Shown: piece after piece, positions 21,459-37,776 of the stretch
How positions within the stretch are numbered: position 1 is the stretch's first letter
Layout: the number at the start of each line of letters is the position of its first letter
DNA from: an uncultured Nitrososphaeraceae archaeon
Lineage (GTDB): Archaea; Thermoproteota; Nitrososphaeria; Nitrososphaerales; Nitrososphaeraceae
NCBI GenBank assembly: GCA_963825865.1
Contig: CAWGVG010000060.1
Span: 32,001-96,000 of the forward strand
Direction: 5' to 3'
DNA length: 64,000 bases
Notes under the pieces: generated by a model
What the model was told of the DNA's origin: nothing
What the model saw: the letters and a program-made list of their open reading frames with translations, nothing else
Database searches by the model: none
Position numbers and translations under genes: made by a program

Positions 21459-22958
21459 ATGCCGAAAAACGATGATTATTCAGTAATTTCTTCTTCTTCA
21501 GATTCATGGAAGTATTTTATGGATAGTGCAAACACATTCTTACAAATAACAAATGAACACGTGCTTCAAGGTCTAAATCCAGGCGGAATTTATCAAGCGA
21601 TATGGTGCAGGGATGGAGCATATATTCTCAAGGATTGGTTCCTTTCGGGAAATGTTGATGGAGTCATGCAACATATTTACCAAATATGGTCTCATCAAAT
21701 ATCGCCAAATAAAGAAAAGCTAGTATATGGCAGGGGATCTCCAGACATGAAATTTTCAGCAGAGGTAATGGGAGAAAATAAACAAGAAGAATTTATGGGA
21801 GCCCTCCCTACAACGATATATCAGGCTGGTTTCTCTGAGGTTTACGGCCAAAATCCAGACATTGACTCGACGGCATTGATAATTTCGACAACCTCTTGGA
21901 TTTTAGCTAGGTCGATAGAACAGCAAGGTTCTTCATCTTCCTCTTCTGAAATTTCCAGTGTAGTAGCTTCCGAACACTCATCAGATTACGTTTCTGCGTT
22001 ATTATCAAAGGTTGGACTAACAGATCCGTCAAAGGTTGCTGAATTTGTAGTTCCTCGTATGCTTAAAGCCATTAAGTATCTGAAGAGCCGCGATATTGAT
22101 AACGATGGTTTGTTAGAACAAAGCCACAATGAAGACTGGATGGACACAGCAGTCAGAGCAGGTAAGATAGTTTACAGCCAAGGTTGTTGGCTACTTGCTT
22201 TAAATGATTTTTCTTCTTTGCTCTCAAAACTCGGAAGGAGTGAGGAAGCCGATAGATTGAGGCACTTAGCAGATAAAACAATTCATGGTGCAGACCAAAA
22301 ATTATGGTCTGAGGAAGACGGTTGCTATATTGATATTCAAGAATCCCATCACTCAGGAGAGCCTTACAGATTACTTACCCAAGATGTATCGTTTTACTTG
22401 ATAGCTATTTCACAGAATACATCCAATGATAGTCTTGGAGTTCATCATCATCATCGTAATCACAACCAGATCACAAAAAATCAGGAACAAAGACAAGAAC
22501 CCGAGTCCATCCATCAATCTGTTCACAAACGAGCTCTTAGTACACTTGATGCTATCAGAAACAGAGCATGGAAAGAAAAGTGGCCGCTTGTAACTGAAAG
22601 TGAGCTGAGGAGAACTGGACCCTGGATTCTAAAACCGTATCAATACCATAACCATACCTTTTGGCCTTGGACTACAGGAATAGAGATGCTAGCAAGAAGT
22701 AGGTTCAATAGAGTTGAAGAGTGTGATATTCTACTTTCCAAGCTTGCTTCTGAAGGTCATCCACATTTACACGCATTCTATGAATGGATAAACCCTATTA
22801 CGGATGAAGGATCTGGAGCATACCCGTTTAGAACAGGAATAACAGCGATAAGAATAGCACTCGCGGATATCCTCGAAAAAATCAAAAGCGAACCATCTTC
22901 CTCTCCTTCTATACGACAGTCACAAAAAGAGCACCTTCCGGGTAGTAATATACAATAA
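21459..22958 (+). CDS. (alpha/alpha)6 glycoside hydrolase-like protein (amylo-alpha-1,6-glucosidase-like)
   Basis: WCRD, DIDST, DxDNDGLLEQ...DWMD, YHNHTFWPW and FYEW. Confidence 0.7.
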   Translation: MPKNDDYSVISSSSDSWKYFMDSANTFLQITNEHVLQGLNPGGIYQAIWCRDGAYILKDWFLSGNVDGVMQHIYQIWSHQISPNKEKLVYGRGSPDMKFSAEVMGENKQEEFMGALPTTIYQAGFSEVYGQNPDIDSTALIISTTSWILARSIEQQGSSSSSSEISSVVASEHSSDYVSALLSKVGLTDPSKVAEFVVPRMLKAIKYLKSRDIDNDGLLEQSHNEDWMDTAVRAGKIVYSQGCWLLALNDFSSLLSKLGRSEEADRLRHLADKTIHGADQKLWSEEDGCYIDIQESHHSGEPYRLLTQDVSFYLIAISQNTSNDSLGVHHHHRNHNQITKNQEQRQEPESIHQSVHKRALSTLDAIRNRAWKEKWPLVTESELRRTGPWILKPYQYHNHTFWPWTTGIEMLARSRFNRVEECDILLSKLASEGHPHLHAFYEWINPITDEGSGAYPFRTGITAIRIALADILEKIKSEPSSSPSIRQSQKEHLPGSNIQ

Positions 22959-22998
22959 GATGCTGAGCCCGAGCTTTACACCTCGAAAAATCAATTAC

Positions 22999-24339
22999 TC
23001 AAGACAAAATTCCAGAATCCACTATCGAGGCAGTAGCAGAAAGCAACTTCTCAACATCTTCTTCATCATGAGAGTCAGAAAAAGCACCCATCTTTAAGGG
23101 CAAAAAGAATATTTCATTCTTGGCCATAAGTGCCATATGGTATTTTCTGAGTAGTTCTTTATTTGATCTCTCGACATCCGTGGCATTTGTGACCTTGTTA
23201 ACAGCGTCATTGAGGAAATGAGTTAGGAAAAGAGATCCAACGCCCGTTACTTCAACATCAATTTTAGCTTCTGAAAATAGCTTGGAAAGGCCCTTTCTAG
23301 CATTATCGCCAAGTTTGTCAATCTTTGAATAAATAGTGTTCTTGTTTTCATTAAGATAGTCTAGAGTAGCAAGACCTGCCGTCATGGTAATTGGGTTTGC
23401 AGAAAACGTACCTCCTCCTATCGCACAGCGTGATTCCTTTTCTTTTCTTAAAACTGGATTAGCGAGAGACATTAATTCCTTATCGCCACAAACAACACCA
23501 ATCGGCATTCCTCCGCCTACAATCTTACCTATCGTAAACAGGTCAGGTTCAAGCTTGTACAATGTCGTCGCTCCTTGAAGCGATAACCTGAATCCTGTGA
23601 CAATTTCATCTAATATGAACAAACTACCGTTTCTTTTTGCAAATTCTTGCAGGCCCTGTAGATAGCCTTTAACAGGTGTAATACATCCAGCGGTTCCGAG
23701 AAGAGGCTCAATAATAATACATGCCAAATCATCTTTGATAGAGTCTAGTACTTTGAGAGATCTATCAAGATCATTGAATAATATAGATTCTACGAATTGC
23801 TCTTCATCCTGAATAAGGCCTGACCCCTCGTCAACTTCATAAGGATAATTTACTGTTTGCATTAATGTTGTATTGAATCCGTGCCATCCTCCCATCACTT
23901 TGGCAATAACCCTTCTCCCAGTTTTTGCTCTTGCCATACGGACAGCATACATTGTTGCCTCCGTGCCTGTATTGGAAAAGCGCATACTCTCTGCTCTAGG
24001 CATAAGTTTTTGGATTGTTTCGCCAAGTTTAACGCTGATATCATTTGCAGTACCATATAATGTTCCATTTTCAATTTGCTCAGAAAGAACTTTGACAACC
24101 GGCATTGGAGAATGACCAAGAATGAGCGCCCAATGTCCCATCCAAAAATCGGTATATCTGTTACCATCGACGTCATAGAGGTATCTGCCTTTAGCAGCTT
24201 TCGTGAAGAATGGATATGGTTCAAAAAAGCGGATATTGTGGTTAACTCCACCTGGAAATACCTTCGAAGATCTTGAATAGAGGTGTTTCGATTTGGAAGT
24301 TTTATTTTCATAAATCCTCTGATAGTCAGTAAATTGCAT
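22999..24339 (-). CDS. hemL: Glutamate-1-semialdehyde 2,1-aminomutase-like class III aminotransferase
   Basis: FPGGVN, DVDGNRY, GTEATM, DEIVTGFR, GKIVGGGMP and GTFSANP. Confidence 0.85.
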   Translation of the reverse strand: MQFTDYQRIYENKTSKSKHLYSRSSKVFPGGVNHNIRFFEPYPFFTKAAKGRYLYDVDGNRYTDFWMGHWALILGHSPMPVVKVLSEQIENGTLYGTANDISVKLGETIQKLMPRAESMRFSNTGTEATMYAVRMARAKTGRRVIAKVMGGWHGFNTTLMQTVNYPYEVDEGSGLIQDEEQFVESILFNDLDRSLKVLDSIKDDLACIIIEPLLGTAGCITPVKGYLQGLQEFAKRNGSLFILDEIVTGFRLSLQGATTLYKLEPDLFTIGKIVGGGMPIGVVCGDKELMSLANPVLRKEKESRCAIGGGTFSANPITMTAGLATLDYLNENKNTIYSKIDKLGDNARKGLSKLFSEAKIDVEVTGVGSLFLTHFLNDAVNKVTNATDVERSNKELLRKYHMALMAKNEIFFLPLKMGAFSDSHDEEDVEKLLSATASIVDSGILS

Positions 24340-24687
24340 CGGCCAACTGAAATTTAAATTGTGATTCTTTTATTTGTTTGTAACAACTTACAGAATGTTT
24401 CTACAAATATCCGACAAAGAGTTTATTAGCAAGGTAATTGTCGTTGTTTATAGTAATACTTAATTAAAATAATAGGAATGTGCTCCCCTTATAGACAGCT
24501 TATTCTGAGGGAACATGCTTCATCTTAGAGGGAGAAGATTTATATTGTAATTTTGTTCCAGATATTTAGAACGTAACAAGCAAGGCGGCGTCGATGATGA
24601 TTTTGGTCTTGGTGCCATCTCATGATTCATTGACCTCCAGTTGCGCTCATAATATGGAGATTCGATCAAACAAATTGGATCTGACAT

Positions 24688-24724
24688 TGGTCACACGACC
24701 CGCACAATAACAAGTTGTCCGGCC
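24688..24724 (+). other. 5' arm of 16S processing stem with bulge-helix-bulge; pairs with 26236-26270
   Basis: TGGTCACACGACCC-GCAC-AAT...AGTTGTCCGGCC is complementary to GGCCGGACAACT..GTGT-AAA-GGGTCATGTGATCA. Confidence 0.75.
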
Positions 24725-24757
24725 GTACTCTTTAATATAATATAATCAAAAGGATTG

Positions 24758-26226
<1,469 letters not shown>

Positions 26227-26450
26227 TTGAAACGAGGCCGGACAACTATGTGTAAAGGGTCATGTGATCAAGAATCTATAAAAGGTAAAATGCAATTCCT
26301 CGTTATTGAAACAGGAATGAAGGACGTAGTAAACGAAGTTTACGATGACCGTCGTGCATAGGATCAATCAACATAACGCCACAATTTGATAAGTTATATA
26401 TATAATTTATCAATAACGACAGAAGCGTATATGTGGTAATACAATAAATT

Positions 26451-26486
26451 ATCTTTACCTGTGTTTGCGTAAAGATTTAGGGCTTC
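26451..26486 (+). other. 5' arm of 23S processing stem with BHB; pairs with ~29519-29552
   Basis: GCGT-AAA-GATTTAGGGCTTC pairs with GAAACTCTAAAT-ACGT-AAA. Confidence 0.65.
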
Positions 26487-26509
26487 GTAGATGTAACTGT
26501 ATACACGAG

Positions 26510-29495
<2,986 letters not shown>

Positions 29496-29773
29496 AAAAT
29501 AAGTGTGTCTTCAAAACTGAAACTCTAAATACGTAAAGAATGCTGGTTAGATTATTTATTTGAAACGATTGATCCTTTGCATGGCGGTCAACAAAATTTT
29601 TTTGCTTCTTCGAAAAAAGACAGATAGTATGAACATTGTTCTGGTGTTTTAGAAGATTTTATAATTCTCAACCTTCATACCATAATATTTAATGGAGAAT
29701 GGCTAAGATAATTTAATTCATGCATAACGAACTAATATATTAAACCTAAGAAATTTTTATATCATTCATATTT

Positions 29774-30776
29774 ATGTCAGTAATTGTATGCCTTTCACAT
29801 AAAGAGGATGTTGACGGCGTATCCTCTGCTGCCATTGATCAAAGCAGCGTTTAGGTCTAAGTCAGTGATTCTTGTCGATTATGCAAACGTTATTGCTAAT
29901 CTGGAGGAATTGGCTGCTATATCTTCTGCACCTAAAAATAGAATTCAAAGAATTTTTATTTGTGATTTGGGCCTTAGCAAAAAGAATGAACAAAAATTCA
30001 TAGATATTGTTGGGAAGATTATTTCAAACGGAACTAAAGTAACATATATTGATCACCATGATCTAGACAGCGAGACTTCAAGTTCTTTGGTTAAAATTGG
30101 TGTATTACTTATTCATACAGTTGAAGAATGTACGTCTGTACAAGTATATAATGAATTCAAAAATAAATTTAAGTTCGAATCGCATGCTCCATTTGTCGCT
30201 CCAGCGGGAGCACTTACTGATTATATGGAAACCAAGCCTCTAGCGTCCTCTATTGTATCTAGGTTCGACAAGCAATTTTTGATGCTAGAGGCAACGGCAC
30301 TTTCGTACATGATATCTGCTAGCCAGCGTGATAATCAATTTCTTATCAAAATAGTTAATACACTTTCAAAGATGAAATATCCTCATGAAATAAAGGGTGG
30401 ATTTTCGATAGCTGAAAAATATGCCAAAAAAGTTTCAGAAGCTGTAAAAATAATTGAGAAATCTATAGTTAAAATCGATAATCTAGCGTATGTTCAGAGT
30501 ACACTAGAATTATCCGCCAGCATGATTGTTAATTTTGTGCTGGGAATATCGGAAAAACCTGTAGCGATGGTATATAAATTAAAAAATAATGTAAATTCCT
30601 ATGTTATTTCTATCCGAGCCTCACGGGACTGTAAATTGCATGTCGGGAGACTGGTAAATGATATTGCATCAGAGATAGGTGGGAGTGGTGGAGGACATGA
30701 CAAAGCATGCGGTGCAGTGATTCCTAAAGATAAACTACTACAGTTCATACAATTATTAGATAAAAGAATTGGATGA
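29774..30776 (+). CDS. DHH/DHHA1 phosphoesterase family protein; indel near 29833
   Basis: The restored N-terminus is MSVIVCLSHKEDVDGVSSAALI. Also ICDLG, IDHH and GGSGGGHDKACGA. Confidence 0.85.
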
Positions 30777-31134
30777 GATAACGAAAACAAATAAGAAAAA
30801 TAAGAGCCTAATTATTATGAATAAAAATTTTGGGAAATGCTCCTAATTGTAGCTGTATATTCTTTCTTGTAAAGAAGGGCAGAAAATTATCTATTATCTC
30901 TATTTAACCCAAATAATTAGGATCTGACTTTACAGATCTGCAATCATTTTAATATCTCCTTTTCTTTCCTTTATCAGAGATAGCATTTATTGAAAATCTA
31001 TTCCATTGCATTCTCGACAACTAAACGTTAAAAATACTCCTGAACGCGAAATAGAAAACAAATTATGAATCAATTTCGACGATTTCATATTGTTAATAAA
31101 GACAAGAAGAAATTAAATTTATTAGTGACAATTA

Positions 31135-31536
31135 TCAATCTTTATTCACCTCTTCTATAATAGAATCAAGGTCATATTTTGTAAGCCCTATCCCCGATTT
31201 TGCGTCTCGTCTAGATATTATTTGGTTACCGTCTTCCTTACTACCACCAAAAGCAATAAGTGTAGGAACTGCATTTATAGAAAACTTGTCCCATAACGGG
31301 TTTTCATCTTCATTTAACTTGCAAGCGTATAGTTTCAATGTAGAAGATTTCTCGTTCAGTTGTACATAGCGTTGTTCAAAAAGGGGTTTGAATCTTTGAC
31401 AAAAAGGACACCAATCTGCATAAAACATTACTAGCGTCTTTTGTTTTAATGAGACCGATTTGTCAAATTGGCTTGGTTCAAGATGTTTCATGATTACCAC
31501 TGGTTCTATGTCTTTCCACTTTATTATGAATTCCAC
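31135..31536 (-). CDS. Thioredoxin family protein
   Basis: FYADWCPFC and VPTL. Confidence 0.88.
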   Translation of the reverse strand: MEFIIKWKDIEPVVIMKHLEPSQFDKSVSLKQKTLVMFYADWCPFCQRFKPLFEQRYVQLNEKSSTLKLYACKLNEDENPLWDKFSINAVPTLIAFGGSKEDGNQIISRRDAKSGIGLTKYDLDSIIEEVNKD

Positions 31537-31642
31537 TAATCAAAGATTTGGTGTTCCAACAATAATCGAAGAATTATTATGCCACAGAATACAACGGTCG
31601 AGTTGACTATATGTCATTATTCCACGTTTGGAAACTAATTTG

Positions 31643-32459
31643 TTATTTAGTTTCTTTGTTCTGCATTGTATCAAAGGGCATAATTTCATTTACGTCTATA
31701 ATGATGGTACTGGTGTTTGGTAGTATTACTCTATAGTCTGAAGGGTTAAGTAGCAATATGTTAGTAATTTTAGTACTGTTTGTTTTATCACCTAAGCTAT
31801 TGTGTGTTGATCCGATGTCAGTATGATACATGCATAAGTAGCCGGGTTTAGACAATTCCTTAATTGGCTCCAGTTTAACTTGCTTAATGTCCGATGTATG
31901 TCCTATAAACAATTGTAAAGTAGATGAAAAGTTTCCATTACATGGGATCTTTGCAGCTATATGGGCATTCGTTATTTTGTATAGTGTGGTATCGTAAAGA
32001 GGTATAAAGTCCTTTGGCGGAATTATTTGATGGGCTAAGATCAATATAGCAGATTGCCTCACAGCCGGAATGCTCCTTTCCATAGTGGTTTCGTTATTTT
32101 TCTTTGCTACTGGCAATGCATTATCGTTAAACTGTTTTGCTAATGTTATATTTCGATTTGACGTTGTCATCGAAGTTGCATTTTTTATGTTGTCGAAAGC
32201 CGTACTTGTTGTAGGGTTATTACGAGTCTTATTGAGTATGGATGATATTATGGACTGGGGGTCAATAATAGATCTTCATCAAGGACTCAGCAGACTGACT
32301 TGCTGTTTTTCCTGTAAGATTAGCATTGCTCGAGTTTTCTGCTAATGCTTTAAGAGGAAGTTGAATCCTGATCAGGAAAAATATTGAGATTACTAAAACT
32401 ATGGTTAAAATGACTATTCCAGAAAATGACTTATCATTTGTTCTCTGCTGTCTCTTCAT
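31643..32459 (-). CDS. Secreted hypothetical protein (probably one gene, frameshift near 32280)
   Basis: Signal anchor in ORF 32262..32459. Globular domain (HQIIPPKDFIPLYD...CMYH) in ORF 31643..32170. Confidence 0.5.
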
Positions 32460-32828
32460 TAATGGAGAAGACTTTGCTGTATTAATTAATTTTTATCGTG
32501 CGTCTTTTTTATCATTTGGAGAATATTTATTGGCTATATTAAGACTTAAAGACGAAGGCTAAAACTAATTATAAGGCGCAAGACCATACTTGATTTTTCC
32601 TTGACCGAAGTAAATGATCTAATTATCTTTTGTGTCCGCATACTTCCATTCTATCTTAAAACGACCATAATAATGCGAAGAATATAAAACACATCAAGGT
32701 CTCATTAAGGTGATCGACACTAATAAAGCTCGCGACTTTTCTTGAGTAATTAAAAAATATATACAAACTATAGTGTCCAGCATGGGTGGACCCTATCTGA
32801 CTACAGAGCAGCAGCTCATTCTTATCTA

Positions 32829-32954
32829 TTATTCCATAGTATGAGTTATCTCATCTGAGTGACTTTTTTTATAGTGTTTTTCAGCCTCTCCTTTTGTAAG
32901 AAATTCCTTTCCACAATCTGTGCATCTAAAAGTACCCGATTCATATTCAGACAT
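32829..32954 (-). CDS. 41-aa C2H2 zinc-finger protein (not in ORF track)
   Basis: MSEYESGTFRCTDCGKEFLTKGEAEKHYKKSHSDEITHTME*, fitting F-x-C-x2-C-x3-F-x8-H-x4-H. Confidence 0.75.
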   Translation of the reverse strand: MSEYESGTFRCTDCGKEFLTKGEAEKHYKKSHSDEITHTME

Positions 32955-33028
32955 AATCTTATCCTGATTTTGTGCAACATTATAAATATTAGTTATCGAG
33001 AAAATTATGTTAACAATAGACTATCAAT

Positions 33029-33466
33029 TTATGTTATTCTTTGTGTGTCGCTATCAGCAACAAAATTATGCTTTTCTTTTTCAACTAGAGGAATCACTTC
33101 TTTCATTATTATCTCATCAAAATTATTTACTTCCACATCTAGAGCTATAAGTATATAATAATTAGCATTTACTGGGATTGTAGCCCTATTCATTTTTTCG
33201 TATTTTCCAACTGCATAGATCAGCTTACCTATTTGTGGTTCAAATTTAATCCTTGTTTTCTGTCTAGTTATCGTAGATGATGCATATTCTTCATTCTCCT
33301 CTTCTGTCAGGATAGGTTTCAATCCTTCTCTGTATTCTGCATTCAGAAGCACACCGAATCTATTGGCAATACCTATCCATCTAATAGATTTATGAAGGTT
33401 TAATACCCCCTTGCTGAATGCGTAAAGGAATTCATAATCTATCATACGGTAACTACGGACAAGCAA
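33029..33466 (-). CDS. Thaumarchaeal roadblock/longin-like small protein (DUF6659-like)
   Basis: IRWIGIANRFG...REGLKPILT.EE...IGKL.Y pattern. Confidence 0.65.
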   Translation of the reverse strand: MLVRSYRMIDYEFLYAFSKGVLNLHKSIRWIGIANRFGVLLNAEYREGLKPILTEEENEEYASSTITRQKTRIKFEPQIGKLIYAVGKYEKMNRATIPVNANYYILIALDVEVNNFDEIIMKEVIPLVEKEKHNFVADSDTQRIT

Positions 33467-33723
33467 CCTTAAAAAGTATGTACCTCTAATATGAATTTAA
33501 ATTTTAATTGTGAGTTCCAGTACTGTCTCTTTCAAAATTGAATTACTCTTAATAGAAAGTATTAGCATTATTAATCTCATTTTTAGGCGTTTTATTGTCT
33601 ATACAAATTTGAGCATAAGCTGATTGTTCCTTTTTATGGTGCTTATGAGTTTTTGCCTGAAACTCAGCTTCGTTTACTCGGACTTTTTAATTTCTTTTTT
33701 TGTCAGATTCTGTTGTGAGTTAG

Positions 33724-34396
33724 CTATTTCATATATTTTCTTTCCTCTGTATTGACAAATGGTTTTCTTACAGAATCGTTTAATTTAGCAGATAGATTTT
33801 GCCTTGCAATAAGCAGCTTACGCTGCCTGTTCGATTAACTTTAAAAATCCCCTATAGATCTGTTCTTGTTCTATATACTCCCTGGTTCTAATTTCAGATA
33901 AAATATCTTCAAATGAATTTGTAAATTGAGTTGCCAAATCTCCCATTTTCGAGATCTTTTCTGCATCTGCTCGAGCTTGCTTTTCTGTTGAAGCATCCCG
34001 TACTTCCTTAATTTTGTTTTCTGTTTTTTTAATTAGCGCAAGTATTATTTCTTTAAGTAAGTTCATAGGCCGCAAGTTCTGCCTTTTTGATGATTTCTCG
34101 CTCATCAAAAAGTTGTTCTGCTGAAATCCGAATTTTTGTATCCTTTGACTTTTTTTTGCAAGCTCTCGCTCCTTTTTGATTATTGCGTAGATTTCACTTT
34201 TGCCTTTTTTTGCTTTTCCTTCCTTCATTGTTCCAGTCTTAAGTAATGAATTTTCAGCAGATGTGGATGATATATCCTTCATGAAAGTATTTCTCGCTTC
34301 CTCTTCAGTTATCGTAAATCGCAATAGACTACCATCGTATCCTTCAGCTAGATACTTGGAATATAATATTTTTCTGTTTACATCTCGTGACGACAA
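33724..34396 (-). CDS. Basic helical hypothetical protein (indel near 33826)
   Basis: 192-aa ORF; a short extension follows in the shifted frame. Confidence 0.5.
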
Positions 34397-35151
34397 GTAT
34401 CTACACCATCAATTCCTCTTGCTTGTTTCTTTCTTACATCCTTCCATTCTATGATTGTATTATCTTTACTGTATTCCATTATTTAAGGAAGATACAGCAT
34501 CGAATTAATAGTTATATTGGACTAAAGAACTGCAAGCCGACGACGATAATGCTAAAAAACGTGTCCTTGAATTATCAATGCTTCTTTGTCTTGGAGAATT
34601 AAGCTTCCCTTGTTACCTGTGGTGGTTAACTCAATTAAGTATCCAGCAAAATATTGGACAAACCTATGTATAGCAACAACACGTCCTGAAATGTAACATT
34701 AGATAAATTACTATTGTTGTTAACGCCAGCAGTTACAGCTAAATCAGTAAATACCATATCCTAGTTTACCTTGTAAGTGCAATATATTTCGCAACCAAAA
34801 ATTATTGTTTCCACCGTACTTTTAAATTGGCTTCCTGGCCGCTGTTGATGCAACTATTGCTACAAATATTGCATCTCTCACTCCTCCGAACATTATATCT
34901 TGTATCCAGACTATAGGGATATTTTCTGCTGTGAACTTGCTTGTAGCAGAGAGTTATAGAATATGTAGATTCTGCTCTGAAAGCGAGTATGTAAGATGCT
35001 GCAATATCTTGCTTATTCCACAATTAAGGAAAGCACTGGCATTTGTAAAAAATGCAGTCATCTCCCAGACGAGATGAATAATATATTTTCAGTGTTTAAT
35101 ATGAAATTAAATAGTTACTCTTTATAACAAAGTAGTAAAATACTATTTAGT

Positions 35152-35556
35152 ATGAAACTAGAACAAAAAGAAGACGTAGTAAGCAAGAAAACGAGTATAC
35201 AGAGCACTACATGCGAAGTGTTGACCATATGGGAAGTCTTAGGTAAAAGGTGGGCTTTGCTAATTTTGAAGAATTTAAGTACAAAAGAAGCAATAAGGTT
35301 TAATGAACTGAAGAAAGTCTTGTCTGGAATAAGCAGTACTGTATTATCACAAAGGCTTTTGGAGCTAGAGGACGAAGGCCTCGTTTCTAAAAAAATTTAT
35401 ACAGAAATTCCACCTAAAGTAGAGTATAGTTTAACAACGCGGGCAAAAGAACTTGAAATTATTCTAAAGGATTTGGGCAAATGGGCGAACAGATGGAAAT
35501 CTTTCGAGCAAACAAAGACCATGGGAGCAGTAACGGCTAGCAAAAATATCAATTAA
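35152..35556 (+). CDS. HxlR-family winged-helix transcription regulator
   Basis: LGKRWALLIL, RFNEL, LSQRLLELE and PPKVEYSLT. Confidence 0.92.
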   Translation: MKLEQKEDVVSKKTSIQSTTCEVLTIWEVLGKRWALLILKNLSTKEAIRFNELKKVLSGISSTVLSQRLLELEDEGLVSKKIYTEIPPKVEYSLTTRAKELEIILKDLGKWANRWKSFEQTKTMGAVTASKNIN

Positions 35557-35654
35557 AAAGAAAACGACGAGATATGTAGCAAACAAATCAAGATATTTCA
35601 CATGCTAGATTGCGAAAAAATGTTATCTTTGCTAATTAAAAATGTATAACCAGG

Positions 35655-36988
35655 TCAGTTGTTTTTTGGAGGTCTTGCAAATGGATTTTTATGATTTGTA
35701 TGATATTCTATTGCTAATCGAGCATCCTTTTGCCTTCCTGTTAATATGCCCACCACGATATCGTCTTTCCTTATAATCTCTTCCTTCCGAAGATTTCGAA
35801 CAGCTGCAGGAACTGCACCAGATGCCATCTCACAATCGAATCCATTCAAACCGACTACAGACATACCGTCACTCATGTCTCTATCATTAACTTGGACAGC
35901 TATGCCATTGGTGAAATCAATCGCTCGTAAAGCCTTTACAATGTTGGCCGGTTTTCCAATCTGAATAGCAGTCGCATTGGTCTTTGGACGAATGCCCTTC
36001 TTATCTTTGAATGCATAGTAGCGTTCGATCATTTCCAAATCGGGTCTACCGTTATTCCATTTAAGATTTTTATTCTCGAATAGGCCGTTCACAAGTTCGT
36101 AGAATGTGTTAGCACCTTCAGAATTAACCACCACGATTCTTGGGATTTTTTTAATCCAGCCCCATTCGTGCAATTCAATAAGACACTTCCCACAACTTGA
36201 AGTATTGCCTAATGCGCCCCCAGGATATACTATCCAATCTGGTGGACTCCAATTCAAATGTTCCATTACTCTGTAGATAATTGTCTTTTGTCCTTCAAGA
36301 CGAAAGGGATTTACAGAATTGACTGTATATCCTGATGTATCCCTCGCCTTCTTCAATGACGTAGAAAGTGCATCATCAAAATTGCCGTCGACTTCTATCA
36401 CTTGCGCACCGAACTGAAATGCTTGTCCTAATTTTCCAGGAGCAATTTCGCCTTTCGGAATGTAAACGTCGCAGTCCATGTCTTCGTTAGCTGCATACAT
36501 TGACGCTGAGGCAGATGTATTGCCTGTAGAGGCGCAGATCAATCTTCTTACCTTCAGCATTTTTGCATGAGTGACTGCTGTTGACATTCCGTTATCCTTA
36601 AAGGAGCCGCTAGGATTGTAACCTTCAGGTTGCAATAAGAATGAATTATGACTCATACCCGCGTAATCTGCTGACTTTGCTCATTTTATAAGGCCTAGAA
36701 AGCCTGCCTTCAGCACCGTCTAAAGATACAAGTACTGCCTGCACAGTCATTAAAGTTTTCAGTGTCAATGTCCAAAAAATTTATCAAATCACGAAAGCGC
36801 CATACTCCACTTTCATTGTAAATATTTCCTCCATGATTTCTTCTTTGGTAAAACACATCGATGAGACTCTTGGAAGGGGCCTTATCATATTTTACATCGA
36901 GAAGAGAAGCACAAGAGCATCTATAAATGTCATTATTTATTTCATAAGATAAACCACAAGAAGGGTTGATACATTTTTTAGCAAGCAT
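35655..36988 (-). CDS. thrC: Threonine synthase (indels near 36673 and 36739)
   Basis: N-terminal Zn-ribbon and SGVWRF, EGYNPSGSFKD, CASTGNTSAS, NSVNPFRLEGQKT and ATAIQIG. Confidence 0.92.
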
Positions 36989-37179
36989 GATATGCCATAA
37001 TAAGAAATCGGTTAATTGTTATTTAGACTTTTTCGAATTATGTACATTTGAGATCTCTAAGAATAGAACAGAACAAAAATGTACGAATTTCTTAAGTCAC
37101 ACGCATTTCGCAAATTATTACCTTAGATATATATAACCTAGATAATTGGTATAGTTCAAAAGCAGTTTTTGTGTAAAAT

Positions 37180-37431
37180 CTATTTTTCATACATTTTAAG
37201 TAAATGTTGAATTACTCCATCCATATCGTTTTCCTTTACTTCAGGCGATATAGCATGACTCAAAAGATTAGTAACTGTCCTAGAAATCTCTGAACTAACT
37301 TCATCAAAACTATCCATGTCGCTATAGCTCTGCTGATAAAGTCTCCTTAATCTCATGGCATACATTTGCGTTTGCTCATTTATCGCTATGTTGTAAGTAT
37401 TATTATTCACTTTTATCTTATCTTTTATCAT
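37180..37431 (-). CDS. Small hypothetical protein
   Basis: 83-aa ORF with an upstream TATA-like element. Confidence 0.6.
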   Translation of the reverse strand: MIKDKIKVNNNTYNIAINEQTQMYAMRLRRLYQQSYSDMDSFDEVSSEISRTVTNLLSHAISPEVKENDMDGVIQHLLKMYEK

Positions 37432-37776
37432 TTAAGTCTTTACCAACAGTTAGTGTATAAAAAACTTGCCTAAAAGGATAGGGCTTGTGATTCCAGACCA
37501 TATCTCTAGAAAATGTCATTCAGTAATTTTGTCAACTATGGATCCACAAAGTCGAAATGCTATATAGCTAAAATGGACAATTAATCTCTTCCTAGAGAGA
37601 AAGATTTAACAAATTTACGCAATTATAGAGCAACAAGTGAGTGAACGATACCGTCAACTTTGCAAAGATATATCAAGATTTTATATTTCGGATATAACTT
37701 CTATATTTCAGATATTTGTTAACTTATCCTACTTCTAATGGATATATATGTTACTTGTATTCTAAATACCATATAA

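Noticed and set aside
22871-22995. Short direct repeat CCTCGAAAAA(A)TCAA at 22871 and 22981
   Set aside because: It is short and A-rich, with no element between the copies that would suggest a target-site duplication.
34600-35050. Decayed coding-like sequence divergent from the HxlR regulator
   Set aside because: Probably the remnant of its target gene, but too degraded to assign.
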